Of a stretch of 64,000 bases of DNA, positions 47,706 through 57,355 are shown piece after piece. Every line of letters begins with the position of its first letter. The first letter of the stretch is position 1. The position numbers were made by a program, and so were the translations under genes. The DNA lies in assembly GCA_000434035.1 (NCBI GenBank), contig FR893523.1:169276-233275 (forward strand), given 5' to 3'. This DNA is from Clostridium sp. CAG:452. Lineage in GTDB: Bacteria; Bacillota; Clostridia; TANB77; CAG-508. The notes under the pieces were generated by a model that was given only the letters and a program-made list of their open reading frames with translations, was not told the DNA's origin and ran no database searches.

Positions 47706-48110
47706 CTACTGTTTTAATAATTCTGCCAACACTGTTAAGAATGAATCCTTGTTTTGCAGTGCATAGGTGTTCTTTTGGGGATCATAACTTACATAGAGGA
47801 AAAGTCTATTTTGCGTCAAGATTTTAGAGATCCTTTTAATATCAGCCTCATAAATCCTTCGGCTATTTGTTGCTTTCAAAAAATCATCACGGATGTCTAT
47901 CTTTATAGGTTTCCACTGGTCATGAACAAGTAGCTTTAACCATAGATAGCAGTGAGCATCATCATAAATGGTATAGTTTCCTTTACTACCATTTATTCTC
48001 TTATTAAATTTTTTGTAAAGCAGCATGTATTCCTCACTTGTAATGTTATAAACCTTATAAACACCTTTCCTTTCTACCGATAATCCATTGAAACTGGCCC
48101 GGTAAATCAT
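47706..48110 (-). CDS. Hypothetical protein (134 aa)
   Basis: The ORF has RBS AAGGAGG 8 nt upstream of the ATG. I recognise no family. It contains the only in-frame CGG codon I found outside the four frameshift sites (codon 4). Confidence 0.45.
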   Translation of the reverse strand: MIYRASFNGLSVERKGVYKVYNITSEEYMLLYKKFNKRINGSKGNYTIYDDAHCYLWLKLLVHDQWKPIKIDIRDDFLKATNSRRIYEADIKRISKILTQNRLFLYVSYDPQKNTYALQNKDSFLTVLAELLKQ

Positions 48111-48218
48111 TATTAAAACCTCCTTATAAAGTTTTAGTAATTATATCATAATATAAGAAAAAATGCAAAAAAATAAAGCTGTTCCAACAACTTGAAGAAA
48201 CAGCATCATATTTTAAAA

Positions 48219-48380
48219 TTATTTCTTTTTAACTTCTGGTATAATAATATTTTTCTTTTTTTCATCTTTAGGCTTTGGCTTTGCTGCATTTAAGTGTTCA
48301 TAAACAGGAGAAAATTCTAATTCTGAACCATCACCTTTTACAACTTCAATTTCTTTATTTTCATTTTCTTGTTCTGACAT
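48219..48380 (-). CDS. Hypothetical small acidic/basic protein (53 aa)
   Basis: ATG follows GAGGTGA. I read it manually as MSEQENENKEIEVVKGDGSELEFSPVYEHLNAAKPKPKDEKKKNIIIPEVKKK. Confidence 0.4.
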   Translation of the reverse strand: MSEQENENKEIEVVKGDGSELEFSPVYEHLNAAKPKPKDEKKKNIIIPEVKKK

Positions 48381-48520
48381 AAAATCACCTCATTTATATA
48401 ATAAAAATTATATTATATAAAATAATAACACAAAAAAATAAGAATGTCAAAAACATTGACTTTTAAAGTTTTAAATGCAATAATATATATTGTTAAAATA
48501 GAGAAAAGAGGAGAACAAAA

Positions 48521-49135
48521 GTGGAAATAGAACAAACAAAAGCAATAATAGAGGCTATACTTTTTTCTGCTGGTAGAGTAGTAGAAACAAAAGAATTAAT
48601 GGCAATATTAGAATTGAGTAATGAAGATATAGATAGTATAATACAAAATATGAAAGCAGAATTTGAAGAACAAAATAGAGGAATTGAAATTATAAAAGTA
48701 GAAAATGGTTACCAAATGACAACTAAAACAGAATATTATGATTATATTTATCCTATATTTGATAATAGAGCAAAACCTAGTTTGTCAGCAGCAGCACTAG
48801 AAACACTTTCTATAATTGCATATAATCCTAAAATAACAAGAGCAGAAATAGAACAAATAAGAGGAGTAAATTCTGACGGAACAATATACAAATTATTAGA
48901 GTATAACTTGATAGAAGAAGTAGGAAGATTAGATGCACCAGGAAGACCAACAATATATTCTACAACAAAAGAATTCTTAAAAATGTTTGGAATTTCTAAT
49001 TTAGAAGAATTACCAGAACTTCCAAAATATAAAATTGATGAGAACGAGCAAATAGTAATAGATGAAATTATAGAAGAAACACCAAATGAGGTGACATCTA
49101 AAAATAGTGAAATAGATGAGAACAATAAGGATTAA
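48521..49135 (+). CDS. scpB: Segregation and condensation protein B
   Basis: IEAILFSAGRVV...GYQMTTK...LSAAALETLSIIAYNPKITRAEIEQIRGVNSDG...GRLDAPGRPTIYSTTKEFL are the typical ScpB winged-helix repeats. GTG start after AGAGGAG. Confidence 0.85.
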   Translation: MEIEQTKAIIEAILFSAGRVVETKELMAILELSNEDIDSIIQNMKAEFEEQNRGIEIIKVENGYQMTTKTEYYDYIYPIFDNRAKPSLSAAALETLSIIAYNPKITRAEIEQIRGVNSDGTIYKLLEYNLIEEVGRLDAPGRPTIYSTTKEFLKMFGISNLEELPELPKYKIDENEQIVIDEIIEETPNEVTSKNSEIDENNKD

Positions 49136-49191
49136 AAACATAATGAACCAAACTTAAAAAATACTAAAGAAATTTATAAGTAGGTGGTAAA

Positions 49192-50100
49192 ATGAAAAGC
49201 CAAAAAGGTATAACAATGGCATCATTAGGAGTATATATAGTAGTTAGCATTATTGTTGTAGCAACGCTTGCTACTATAATGGCAAATTATAAAAACTCAA
49301 TAAAGACTATGGATAATGATGCAGAATATTCATCAGAATACAATAAGTTTAATTTATACTTTTTAGAAGAAGTAAAAAAGCCAGAAAACTCAAGTATGGA
49401 ACGTGCTAATTCAATAAAAACTGTAGACAATGATTACAATTCAATAAAATTTAAAACAGGAAATGAATTTATGTATAAGATAAAAGAGGAAATATTGTAC
49501 TTAAATAAAAGTACTGAAGAAAAAATAAAACTTATTAAAAACGTAAAAAAATGTACATTTGAATTTAATGATATAGATCATGAGGCAAATGGTAAAAATG
49601 TAATTAGAGTAAATATACAAATAGGAGAAACAACACCAAAGGAATATACGTATGTTTTAGATGGAGAGAATAGTACAAATTCATATAGTACAGAAAATGG
49701 CTATATAGAAGGAATAATAACAATACCAAAGGCTTGGGATTCATCAAAACTAAATGAAAAAGATCCATTTAGAACAGAAGAAATAAATGGAAATTATAGT
49801 ATAGCACCAATACCAAATGGATATCAGGTATCTACAATTGAAGGAGAGAACAAAATATCAACAGGACTAATTATAACAGATGGAACAAATAGATTTAAAT
49901 GGTGCCAAGGCAATGAATTATTAGATTATGATGAAGCAAATTATGGAACAACTTGGACAGCAGCAATGGATGTAACTGATCTAACAAGTACAAAAGCTAT
50001 ATATGAAAGCCTAAAAAAATCAAAAACATTATATGGTGGCGCATATATAAAAGAAGATGAGACAACAGATACAGTAAAATCAATTTTATGGATAAAATAG
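49192..50100 (+). CDS. Secreted/anchored protein with a pilin-like N-terminal leader lacking Glu5
   Basis: MKSQKGITMASLGVYIVVSIIVVATLATI resembles a class III (prepilin) signal but has no Glu at +5. The rest is unassigned. Confidence 0.45.
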   Translation: MKSQKGITMASLGVYIVVSIIVVATLATIMANYKNSIKTMDNDAEYSSEYNKFNLYFLEEVKKPENSSMERANSIKTVDNDYNSIKFKTGNEFMYKIKEEILYLNKSTEEKIKLIKNVKKCTFEFNDIDHEANGKNVIRVNIQIGETTPKEYTYVLDGENSTNSYSTENGYIEGIITIPKAWDSSKLNEKDPFRTEEINGNYSIAPIPNGYQVSTIEGENKISTGLIITDGTNRFKWCQGNELLDYDEANYGTTWTAAMDVTDLTSTKAIYESLKKSKTLYGGAYIKEDETTDTVKSILWIK

Positions 50101-50148
50101 TAATATTTAATAATCACCTAAATACAATATAAAAAACGTTGTAATTAG

Positions 50149-51069
50149 GTGATTATTTTGAATATATGTTATATAAGTGAAACGCACGAAACGTGCGACT
50201 TTGTAAAAAGAATAGTAATAAAAATAAAAAAAATATTTAATATAGTAGAATTTAGCGAGGATAATGGCAAAACAACAATAACTTTACCTTTATTTAAGTC
50301 TAATAAGATTAGAAACAAAAAGATTATAAAGATAGCCAAAAGAATTAACAAAAAATTGTATGATAATAATATTGAAAATGTAGTGTTATCAAACTATTTG
50401 GAAGAAAATGAAATATTAAAACAAAAATTATATTGCCAAAATATTAATATATTAGATGGAAGATATCTGTTTTATTTGCTTATTCCAGAAATTATTGAGT
50501 ATATATTAAAAAGACAAAAAGTAAAATTACAAAATGGAGAAGTTACTTTATTAATAAATGATTTTACGCAAAACAATGCAAAAATAATTACATATATTGC
50601 TCAAAACGTAAAAAGAGTAAATATTGTTACAAATCATAGTAATAAGTTTAAAAAAATAGAAGATTATTTATATAATGAACTAGGAGTAATTCTTAATATA
50701 ACAAATAATAAGAGTAAAAGCTTATCAAATGCAAACATTATTATAAATATAGATTTTCCAGAAGAAATAATAAACAAGTATGAAATAAATAGCAATGCAA
50801 TAATAGTGAATATATTTAATGAGATAAAAATAAGAGCAAAAAAATTTAATGGAATTAATATTAACTATTATAAAGCATGTATACCAAAAGAGTACCAAAT
50901 AGATGGTTTTCAAAACAACCTAGTATATGAAAGTAGTATTTATAAATGTAGTTACGAAAATGCTAGAAAAGATATAATTGCAAATAAAATTAGAATAAAA
51001 AAATTAGTAGGAATTAATGGAGATATTTCAGAAAATGAATTTTGTAAAAACTTAAAATATAATACTTGA
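50149..51069 (+). CDS. Hypothetical protein (306 aa)
   Basis: Long N/K/I-rich ORF. The start is uncertain, either GTG 50149 or TTG 50158 after AGGTGA. I recognise no family. Confidence 0.4.
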   Translation: MIILNICYISETHETCDFVKRIVIKIKKIFNIVEFSEDNGKTTITLPLFKSNKIRNKKIIKIAKRINKKLYDNNIENVVLSNYLEENEILKQKLYCQNINILDGRYLFYLLIPEIIEYILKRQKVKLQNGEVTLLINDFTQNNAKIITYIAQNVKRVNIVTNHSNKFKKIEDYLYNELGVILNITNNKSKSLSNANIIINIDFPEEIINKYEINSNAIIVNIFNEIKIRAKKFNGININYYKACIPKEYQIDGFQNNLVYESSIYKCSYENARKDIIANKIRIKKLVGINGDISENEFCKNLKYNT

Positions 51070-51130
51070 CAAAACTAAAATTGTGGAGTAGTATAATGAA
51101 TTAAATAATATTTTAAAGGAGAAATGCCAA

Positions 51131-51607
51131 ATGGAAGAAAAAGAAGTATTATTAACACAAGAAGGATATGATAACCTAGAAAAAGAATTAGAATATTTAA
51201 AAACAGAGAAAAGAAGTGAAATATCAGAGCGTATTAAAGTTGCATTAGGATTTGGAGATTTATCTGAGAATTCTGAATATGATGAAGCAAAAAATGCACA
51301 AGCTTCAAATGAAATTAAAATTGCAGAACTAGAAAACAAATTAAGATATGCAAAAATAATAGATGAATCTGAAATAGATACAAAAACAGTTCAAGTTGGA
51401 AATAAAGTTAAAGTACTAGATATGGAATTTGACGAAGAAGTAGAATATACAATAGTAGGTTCAACAGAAGTAGACCTATCACAAAACAGAATATCAAATG
51501 AATCTCCTATTGGATCAGCTCTATTAGGTGCAAAAAAGAACCAAGTAGTAGAAGCTCAAACACCAGGGGGAGTAGTGAAATTTAAAATTCTAGCAATAAA
51601 AAAATAG
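51131..51607 (+). CDS. greA: Transcription elongation factor GreA
   Basis: LTQEGYDNLEKELEYLKTEKRSEISERIKVALGFGDLSENSEYDEAKNAQ... is the canonical GreA N-terminal coiled coil, followed by the C-terminal domain. Confidence 0.9.
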   Translation: MEEKEVLLTQEGYDNLEKELEYLKTEKRSEISERIKVALGFGDLSENSEYDEAKNAQASNEIKIAELENKLRYAKIIDESEIDTKTVQVGNKVKVLDMEFDEEVEYTIVGSTEVDLSQNRISNESPIGSALLGAKKNQVVEAQTPGGVVKFKILAIKK

Positions 51608-51685
51608 ATTATTTTACCATTTTATGTAGACAAAACCTCCCAAATGTAGTATAATAGTGTTGTTAAGTAATAAAACACGAAGGTA

Positions 51686-52396
51686 ATGAATAAAATACTA
51701 TGGAAAAGTATAAGGGAGGAAACCAAATTGATTACAAATTACACAGAAAATAATTACCTAGTTTTAATAGGTAAAATTATTAGTGATAAGACATTTAGTC
51801 ACGAGATTTATGGAGAAAGCTTTTATGTATTTAACTTAGAGGTGCCACGTTTAAGCGGAAATGAAGATATTATACCAATAACAATATCAGAAAGATTAAT
51901 AGCAAATTTCGATTTAACAATAGGTAGAAAAGTTGTTATAGAAGGGCAATTTAGATCATATAACAGTTATGAAAATGAAAAAAACAGATTAGTATTAACA
52001 GTATTTGCCAAAGATATTATTGATTACAAAGAAGAGCAAGAAGAAAATGTTTCAAATGAAGTTGTTTTAAATGGATATGTTTGTAAAAAACCAATATATA
52101 GAAAAACACCATTTGGAAGAGAAATTTCAGATATCTTATTAGCAGTAAATAGAGCATATAATAAATCAGATTACATACCATGTATTGCATGGGGAAGAAA
52201 TGCTAGATTTTGTGAAAACATGGAAGTTGGAACAGAGGTAAAAATAGTAGGCAGAGTTCAAAGCAGAACTTATGAGAAAAAGTTCGAAGATGGAAGAACA
52301 GAACAAAGAGTTGCTTATGAAGTATCAATTGGAAGCTTAGAAGTAATAAATAAAGACGAAAATAGCAACCAAAATGAAGAAGCAGAAGCAATTTAA
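51686..52396 (+). CDS. SSB-like protein with two OB-fold-like halves
   Basis: VVIEGQFRSYN...NRLVLTVFA and VKIVGRVQSRTYEKKFEDGRTEQRVAYEVSI resemble SSB OB-fold strands. An alternative start is TTG 51728, 8 nt after GGGAGG. Confidence 0.5.
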   Translation: MNKILWKSIREETKLITNYTENNYLVLIGKIISDKTFSHEIYGESFYVFNLEVPRLSGNEDIIPITISERLIANFDLTIGRKVVIEGQFRSYNSYENEKNRLVLTVFAKDIIDYKEEQEENVSNEVVLNGYVCKKPIYRKTPFGREISDILLAVNRAYNKSDYIPCIAWGRNARFCENMEVGTEVKIVGRVQSRTYEKKFEDGRTEQRVAYEVSIGSLEVINKDENSNQNEEAEAI

Positions 52397-52562
52397 GAAA
52401 TAATAATCAAAAGGGACAGCAAAAGCTGTTCCTTTTTGTATTATAAAGACAAAAGCACATCATAGCGCATCTTAAAATTAAATAAAAATTGTATTGTAAG
52501 AAAATGTTAAATATGATATTATAGCAATAGAAAATTAAATTGACTATACAGAGGAGAATATT

Positions 52563-54227
52563 ATGGAAAAGGGAAAAAAGACAATAGATAAAAATTCAAT
52601 AAGATTTACAATAATGGCAGTTGTATTAATTGCAATTTTTTGTTTTGCAATATCTCCAGTAACTTTGCAAAATGATACATTTTATACAATAAAAATAGGT
52701 GAACATATATTACAAAATGGAATTGACATGAAAGATCCATTTTCATGGCACGAAAATTTACAATATACATATCCGCATTGGTTATATGATGTAGTAATAT
52801 ATTTAGTGTATAACATAGGAGGACAAGTAGGAATATATATTTCGACAATAGTATTAAGTATAACACTTGGACTTACAATGTATTTAGTGAATACAAAACT
52901 TACTAAAAACAAGCTAACATCATTTGTACTTACAATAGGAGCAATGTATTTATTAAGAAATTACATAGCAGCAAGAGCTCAACTTGTAACATTTATATTA
53001 TTTATACTCACAGTATATTTTATAGAAATGTTTTTAGAAACAAAGAAAAAAAGATATGCAGTAGGATTAATAATAATACCAATAATAATTGCAAATGTAC
53101 ATTTGGCAGTGTTTCCATTTTACTTTGTACTATATCTACCATATATAGCAGAATACATGATATATATACTTTCAAATACAGAAATTATATTAGTTACAGC
53201 TAAAATAGATAGATTAAACAAAAAGATACTAAAAACTACTAAAGAAGAAGAAATACAAAAAATAAAAGATGAAATAAATAGATTAGAACAAAAAAATGAG
53301 AAAACAATAAATAAGAAAGAAAAAATAAATGCAAATCCATATAAAATAAAAATAAGAGGAAACAACAATGTAAAAGCATTAATAATTATAATGATTATTT
53401 GTTTATTTACAGGATTCCTTACACCACTAGGAACAACACCATATACATATTTGATAAAAACAATGCAAGGAACAACAACTCACAATATAAGCGAGCATTT
53501 ACCACTAACACTTGTAGACAACCTAGAATTCATGTGCACTTTAGTACTTTTTATTGCGATACTAACATTTACAGATACTAAAATAAGATTAAGTGATTTA
53601 TTCATGTTAGGTGGATTAATTTTTCTTACATTTTATACAAGAAGACAATTTTCAATGTTTACATTAATATGTGTGATGATTTTAAACAGACTAATAAACG
53701 CATTGTTAAACAAGTATGATCCGGAAGGATGTAAAAAAGCAATAGATAAGATGACAACAATAACAGGGATGATAGTTACTATTTGTTTGGTGTTAACAAT
53801 AAGTGTAATACAATATAAGCCTAAGATGAAGAACCATTTTATAGATGAAAACTCATATCCAGTAGAAGCTGCAACATATATATTAGAAAATTTAGATATA
53901 AACAACATAAAGTTATACAATGAATATAATTATGGAAGTTATTTAATATTTAGAGGAATACCAGTGTTTATTGATTCAAGAGCAGATTTATATGCACCAG
54001 AATTTAATCCAGGAGTAGAAGTATTTAATGACTATATGAACCTTTCTGGAATGAATATAGATAATGTAGAAGAGAAATTAGACGAATATGGAATAACACA
54101 CATGCTGATGTATAAAAAATCTAAGCTTAGAAGATTTGTAGAACAAAATACAGAGAAATATAATTTGCTTTATGAGGATGATAACTTCTGTTTATTCGAA
54201 AGAAAACAAGTAAAAGAGAGTGTATAA
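52563..54227 (+). CDS. Polytopic membrane protein (possibly GT-C-type glycosyltransferase-like)
   Basis: 554 aa with more than 10 hydrophobic segments and a soluble C-terminal domain. The family assignment is tentative. Confidence 0.45.
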   Translation: MEKGKKTIDKNSIRFTIMAVVLIAIFCFAISPVTLQNDTFYTIKIGEHILQNGIDMKDPFSWHENLQYTYPHWLYDVVIYLVYNIGGQVGIYISTIVLSITLGLTMYLVNTKLTKNKLTSFVLTIGAMYLLRNYIAARAQLVTFILFILTVYFIEMFLETKKKRYAVGLIIIPIIIANVHLAVFPFYFVLYLPYIAEYMIYILSNTEIILVTAKIDRLNKKILKTTKEEEIQKIKDEINRLEQKNEKTINKKEKINANPYKIKIRGNNNVKALIIIMIICLFTGFLTPLGTTPYTYLIKTMQGTTTHNISEHLPLTLVDNLEFMCTLVLFIAILTFTDTKIRLSDLFMLGGLIFLTFYTRRQFSMFTLICVMILNRLINALLNKYDPEGCKKAIDKMTTITGMIVTICLVLTISVIQYKPKMKNHFIDENSYPVEAATYILENLDINNIKLYNEYNYGSYLIFRGIPVFIDSRADLYAPEFNPGVEVFNDYMNLSGMNIDNVEEKLDEYGITHMLMYKKSKLRRFVEQNTEKYNLLYEDDNFCLFERKQVKESV

Positions 54228-54712
54228 TGAAAAGTAAAAAGATTAATTTTTTAATGATAATTACAATAATTGCAATATTGCTAGATCAATTAATAAAGAT
54301 AATTATAAAAAGTAAGATATTTAATTCTAGTATAATACTAATACCACATGTACTTAATTTAACATATGTGCAAAACACAGGGGCAGCTTTTGGAATTGGA
54401 AATAATAGTACATCAATGTTTGTGGCAGTAAATGTAGTTATAATAGGACTAATTACATACTTTATATTTTCAAAAAAAGAAGAATTAAGTAAATTAATAT
54501 TAATTGCTCTTCACCTAGTATTAGCGGGAGGAATTGGCAATTTAATAGATAGAATAGCAAGGGGTTTTGTAATAGACTATATAGATATATCACCATTAAT
54601 AAAATATCCAGTTTTCAATTTGGCAGATATATTTGTAGTAATTGGTTGCCTAATAATTGCAGTTTTTTTAGTAAAAGATACAGTAATAAAAAAGAAAAAT
54701 ATAGGAGAATAA
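54227..54712 (+). CDS. lspA: Lipoprotein signal peptidase (signal peptidase II)
   Basis: LDQLIK...LTYVQNTGAAFG...GGIGNLIDRIARGFVIDYI...FNLADIFVVIG motifs. Confidence 0.9.
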   Translation: MKSKKINFLMIITIIAILLDQLIKIIIKSKIFNSSIILIPHVLNLTYVQNTGAAFGIGNNSTSMFVAVNVVIIGLITYFIFSKKEELSKLILIALHLVLAGGIGNLIDRIARGFVIDYIDISPLIKYPVFNLADIFVVIGCLIIAVFLVKDTVIKKKNIGE

Positions 54713-54713
54713 A

Positions 54714-55623
54714 ATGCAAGAATATAAAATAAGACAAGATGAACAAAATATTAGATTAGATAAAATAATTGCAAGCATAGATAATAGTATTTCTAGGACA
54801 AGCGTGCAAAGACTTATAGAAGAAGGGAAAATCCTAGTAAATGAAAAACAAGAAAAACCTTCATACAAAGTTAATGAAGGAGACATTATTAAAATAGAAA
54901 AAGAAGAGCCACAAGAGATAGACTTAAAACCACAAGAAATACCAATAGATATAATTTATGAAGACAAAGACATTTTAATAATAAACAAAGCAAAAGGGAT
55001 GGTTGTTCATCCTGGAAATGGGAATCCAGATGGAACCTTAGTAAATGCAGTTATGGCAAAATGCAAAGATAGCCTATCTGGAATAGGTGGAAAAATAAGA
55101 CCAGGTGTAGTACACAGAATAGATAAAGATACATCACGGACTAATAATAATTGCCAAGAATGATAAAGCACATATTAATATCAGTGAACAAATAAAGAAT
55201 AGAGAAGTAGAAAAAACATATATTGCATTAGTTAGGGGAAACGTTAAAGAAAATCAAGGAATAATAAATATGCCTATTGCAAGAAGTACAAAAGATAGAA
55301 AGAAAATGGCAGTAGATAAAAAAGGAAAAGAAGCAATTACAGAGTTTAAAGTGCTAAAAAGATATGATGGATATACTTTATTAGAAGTAAAAATAAAAAC
55401 AGGAAGAACACATCAAATAAGAGTACACATGGCAGAGATAGGATATCCAATTGTAGGAGATTATACATATTCAAATGGAAAAAATCCATTTGGAGTAGTT
55501 GGTCAAATGCTACATGCAGCAAAATTAAAATTTGTACATCCTACAACCAACAAAACAGTGGAATTTGAAGCACCATTACCAGAATATTTTGAACATGTAT
55601 TGCAAGAATTAGAAAACAATTAA
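54714..55623 (+). pseudogene. rluD: RluA-family 23S rRNA pseudouridine synthase (RluD-like), interrupted by a +1 frameshift (extra C at 55137)
   Basis: It has an S4 domain followed by PGVVHRIDKDTS. The zero frame then reads RTNNNCQE*. The +1 frame from 55138 reads GLIIIAKNDKAHINISEQIKNREVEKTYIALVRG and joins track ORF 55270-55623 (GRTHQIRVHMAEIGYPIVGD). Confidence 0.85.
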
Positions 55624-55626
55624 ATA

Positions 55627-55735
55627 AATTGTAATTTGTGTGAGGGGGAATTCTAGGGACTGTCCCTTAAAATCACCAAACCTGGGGATTTTGGCGACTG
55701 TCCTGAATTCATCCGGAACTAAACAAATTCCAATT
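55627..55735. repeat. 109-bp MITE-like intergenic repeat, copy 2 (inverted relative to copy 1)
   Basis: Its reverse complement is almost identical to 6800-6908. The TIRs are AATTGTAATTTGT / ACAAATTCCAATT. It lies between rluD and rluB. Confidence 0.8.
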
Positions 55736-55760
55736 TATTTAAATAAAGGAAAGGATTTTT

Positions 55761-56486
55761 ATGGAAGAAATTAGACTACAAAAATATTTGGCAAACAATG
55801 GAATTGCATCTAGAAGAAAATGCGAAGAACTAATTATGCAGGGCAGAGTAAAAGTAAATGGAGAAGTAGTTAAAGAATTAGGAACAAAAATAAATCCTGA
55901 TAAAGATATAATAGAATATAATGGTAAAACAATTAAAAATACAAATACAGAGCACACATATATATTGTTAAATAAACCAATAGATTATGTTACAACTGTA
56001 AAGGATCAATTTAATAGAAATACAGTACTAGATTTAGTAAAAACAAATAAAAGATTGGTACCAGTTGGAAGACTAGATATGTATACATCAGGGGCAATAA
56101 TACTAACAGATGATGGGGATTTTGTATATAAAATAACACATCCAAAGCATGAAATACCTAAAACATATAATGTTACAGTAGTAGGAAAGGTTACAGGTGA
56201 AGAGATAGAGCAATTAAAAAATGGAGTTGATATAGGAGATTTTGTAACAAGCAAAGCAGAGGTAAAAATATTAAAAATAGATGAACAAAAAAATATAAGC
56301 AGATTACAGATAACAATACATGAAGGAAAAAACAGACAAATTAGAAGAATGTGCGAAGCAATAGGAAAAAAAGTAATTAGTTTACATAGAAGTAAAATAG
56401 GAAATTTAACAGTAAAAGACTTACCATTGGGAACATGGAGATATTTAACTAAAAAAGAAATAGAAACACTACTTGAAAAAAATTAA
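55761..56486 (+). CDS. rluB: RsuA/RluB-family rRNA pseudouridine synthase
   Basis: S4 domain (IRLQKYLANNGIASRRKCEELIMQGRVKVNG), catalytic VPVGRLDMYTSG, and KNRQIRRM motifs. Confidence 0.8.
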   Translation: MEEIRLQKYLANNGIASRRKCEELIMQGRVKVNGEVVKELGTKINPDKDIIEYNGKTIKNTNTEHTYILLNKPIDYVTTVKDQFNRNTVLDLVKTNKRLVPVGRLDMYTSGAIILTDDGDFVYKITHPKHEIPKTYNVTVVGKVTGEEIEQLKNGVDIGDFVTSKAEVKILKIDEQKNISRLQITIHEGKNRQIRRMCEAIGKKVISLHRSKIGNLTVKDLPLGTWRYLTKKEIETLLEKN

Positions 56487-56533
56487 CCTTATATATATAA
56501 TAAAATAAACCAAAGAAAAAGGAGAAAACTTAT

Positions 56534-57341
56534 ATGGAATATGCACAAAAATTTATTCCAGAAGGTTGGGAAGAATGCACAAAGTCATTTTCACTAGATG
56601 AATTAAATAAGCTGTCTGTAAGTGGAGAGATTTTGCAAGCAAAAGTAACCAAGTGCGATAGCAACTATAACTTATATTTGGATTTAGGAAATAATATAAC
56701 AGGAGTTATACCAAGAGAAGAGGTAGAGGCTGTAAATATAGACGAAACAGGTTTCCCAAAACCGAATATATGTATAAGCAAAGTTAATAAAATAGTTCAA
56801 TTTAAGGTTAAAGATATTACTAAAAATGATACAGTAATACTTTCCAGAAAAGCAGTAGGAAAAGAAGCTGTAAGCTGGGTAAAGGACGAACTAAAAGAGG
56901 GTATGTGTGTAAATGGAATAGTAAGAAATATTAGACCTTATGGAGCTTTTGTAGAAATTGGAGGAGGGGTAGTTGGACTACTCCACATAGAAGATATATC
57001 AGTTGCAAGGATAAAATCTCCTTATGAAAGATTCAAAATTGGACAAAAAATAAAAATTATGATAAAATCAATAGATAGGAGAACAAATAGGGTAATTCTT
57101 ACATATAAAGAGCTACTTCGGAACATGGCAAGAAAATATAAAAGGCTTTAAAGAAGGTATGAAAGCAAAAGGAATAGCAAGAGAAGTAGAAAAGTCTAAG
57201 AATGGAATATTTGTTGAGCTAAGACCTAATCTTGTAGGTTTAGCAGACTACAAAGAAGGTATTGAATACGGCGAACATATTAATGTATATATTAAGAAAA
57301 TAATACCAGATAAAAAGAAGGTTAAGCTTATTATTATTTAA
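56534..57341 (+). pseudogene. S1 RNA-binding-domain protein, interrupted by a +1 frameshift (extra C at 57119)
   Basis: S1 repeats (GMCVNGIVRNIRPYGAFVEIGGGVVGLLHIEDIS). The zero frame ends ...ILTYKELLRNMARKYKRL*. The +1 frame from 57120 reads GTWQENIKGFKEGMKAKGIAREVEKSKNGIFVELRPNLVGLA, a further S1 repeat, through to 57341. Confidence 0.75.
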
Positions 57342-57355
57342 GGAGGGCCATAATT

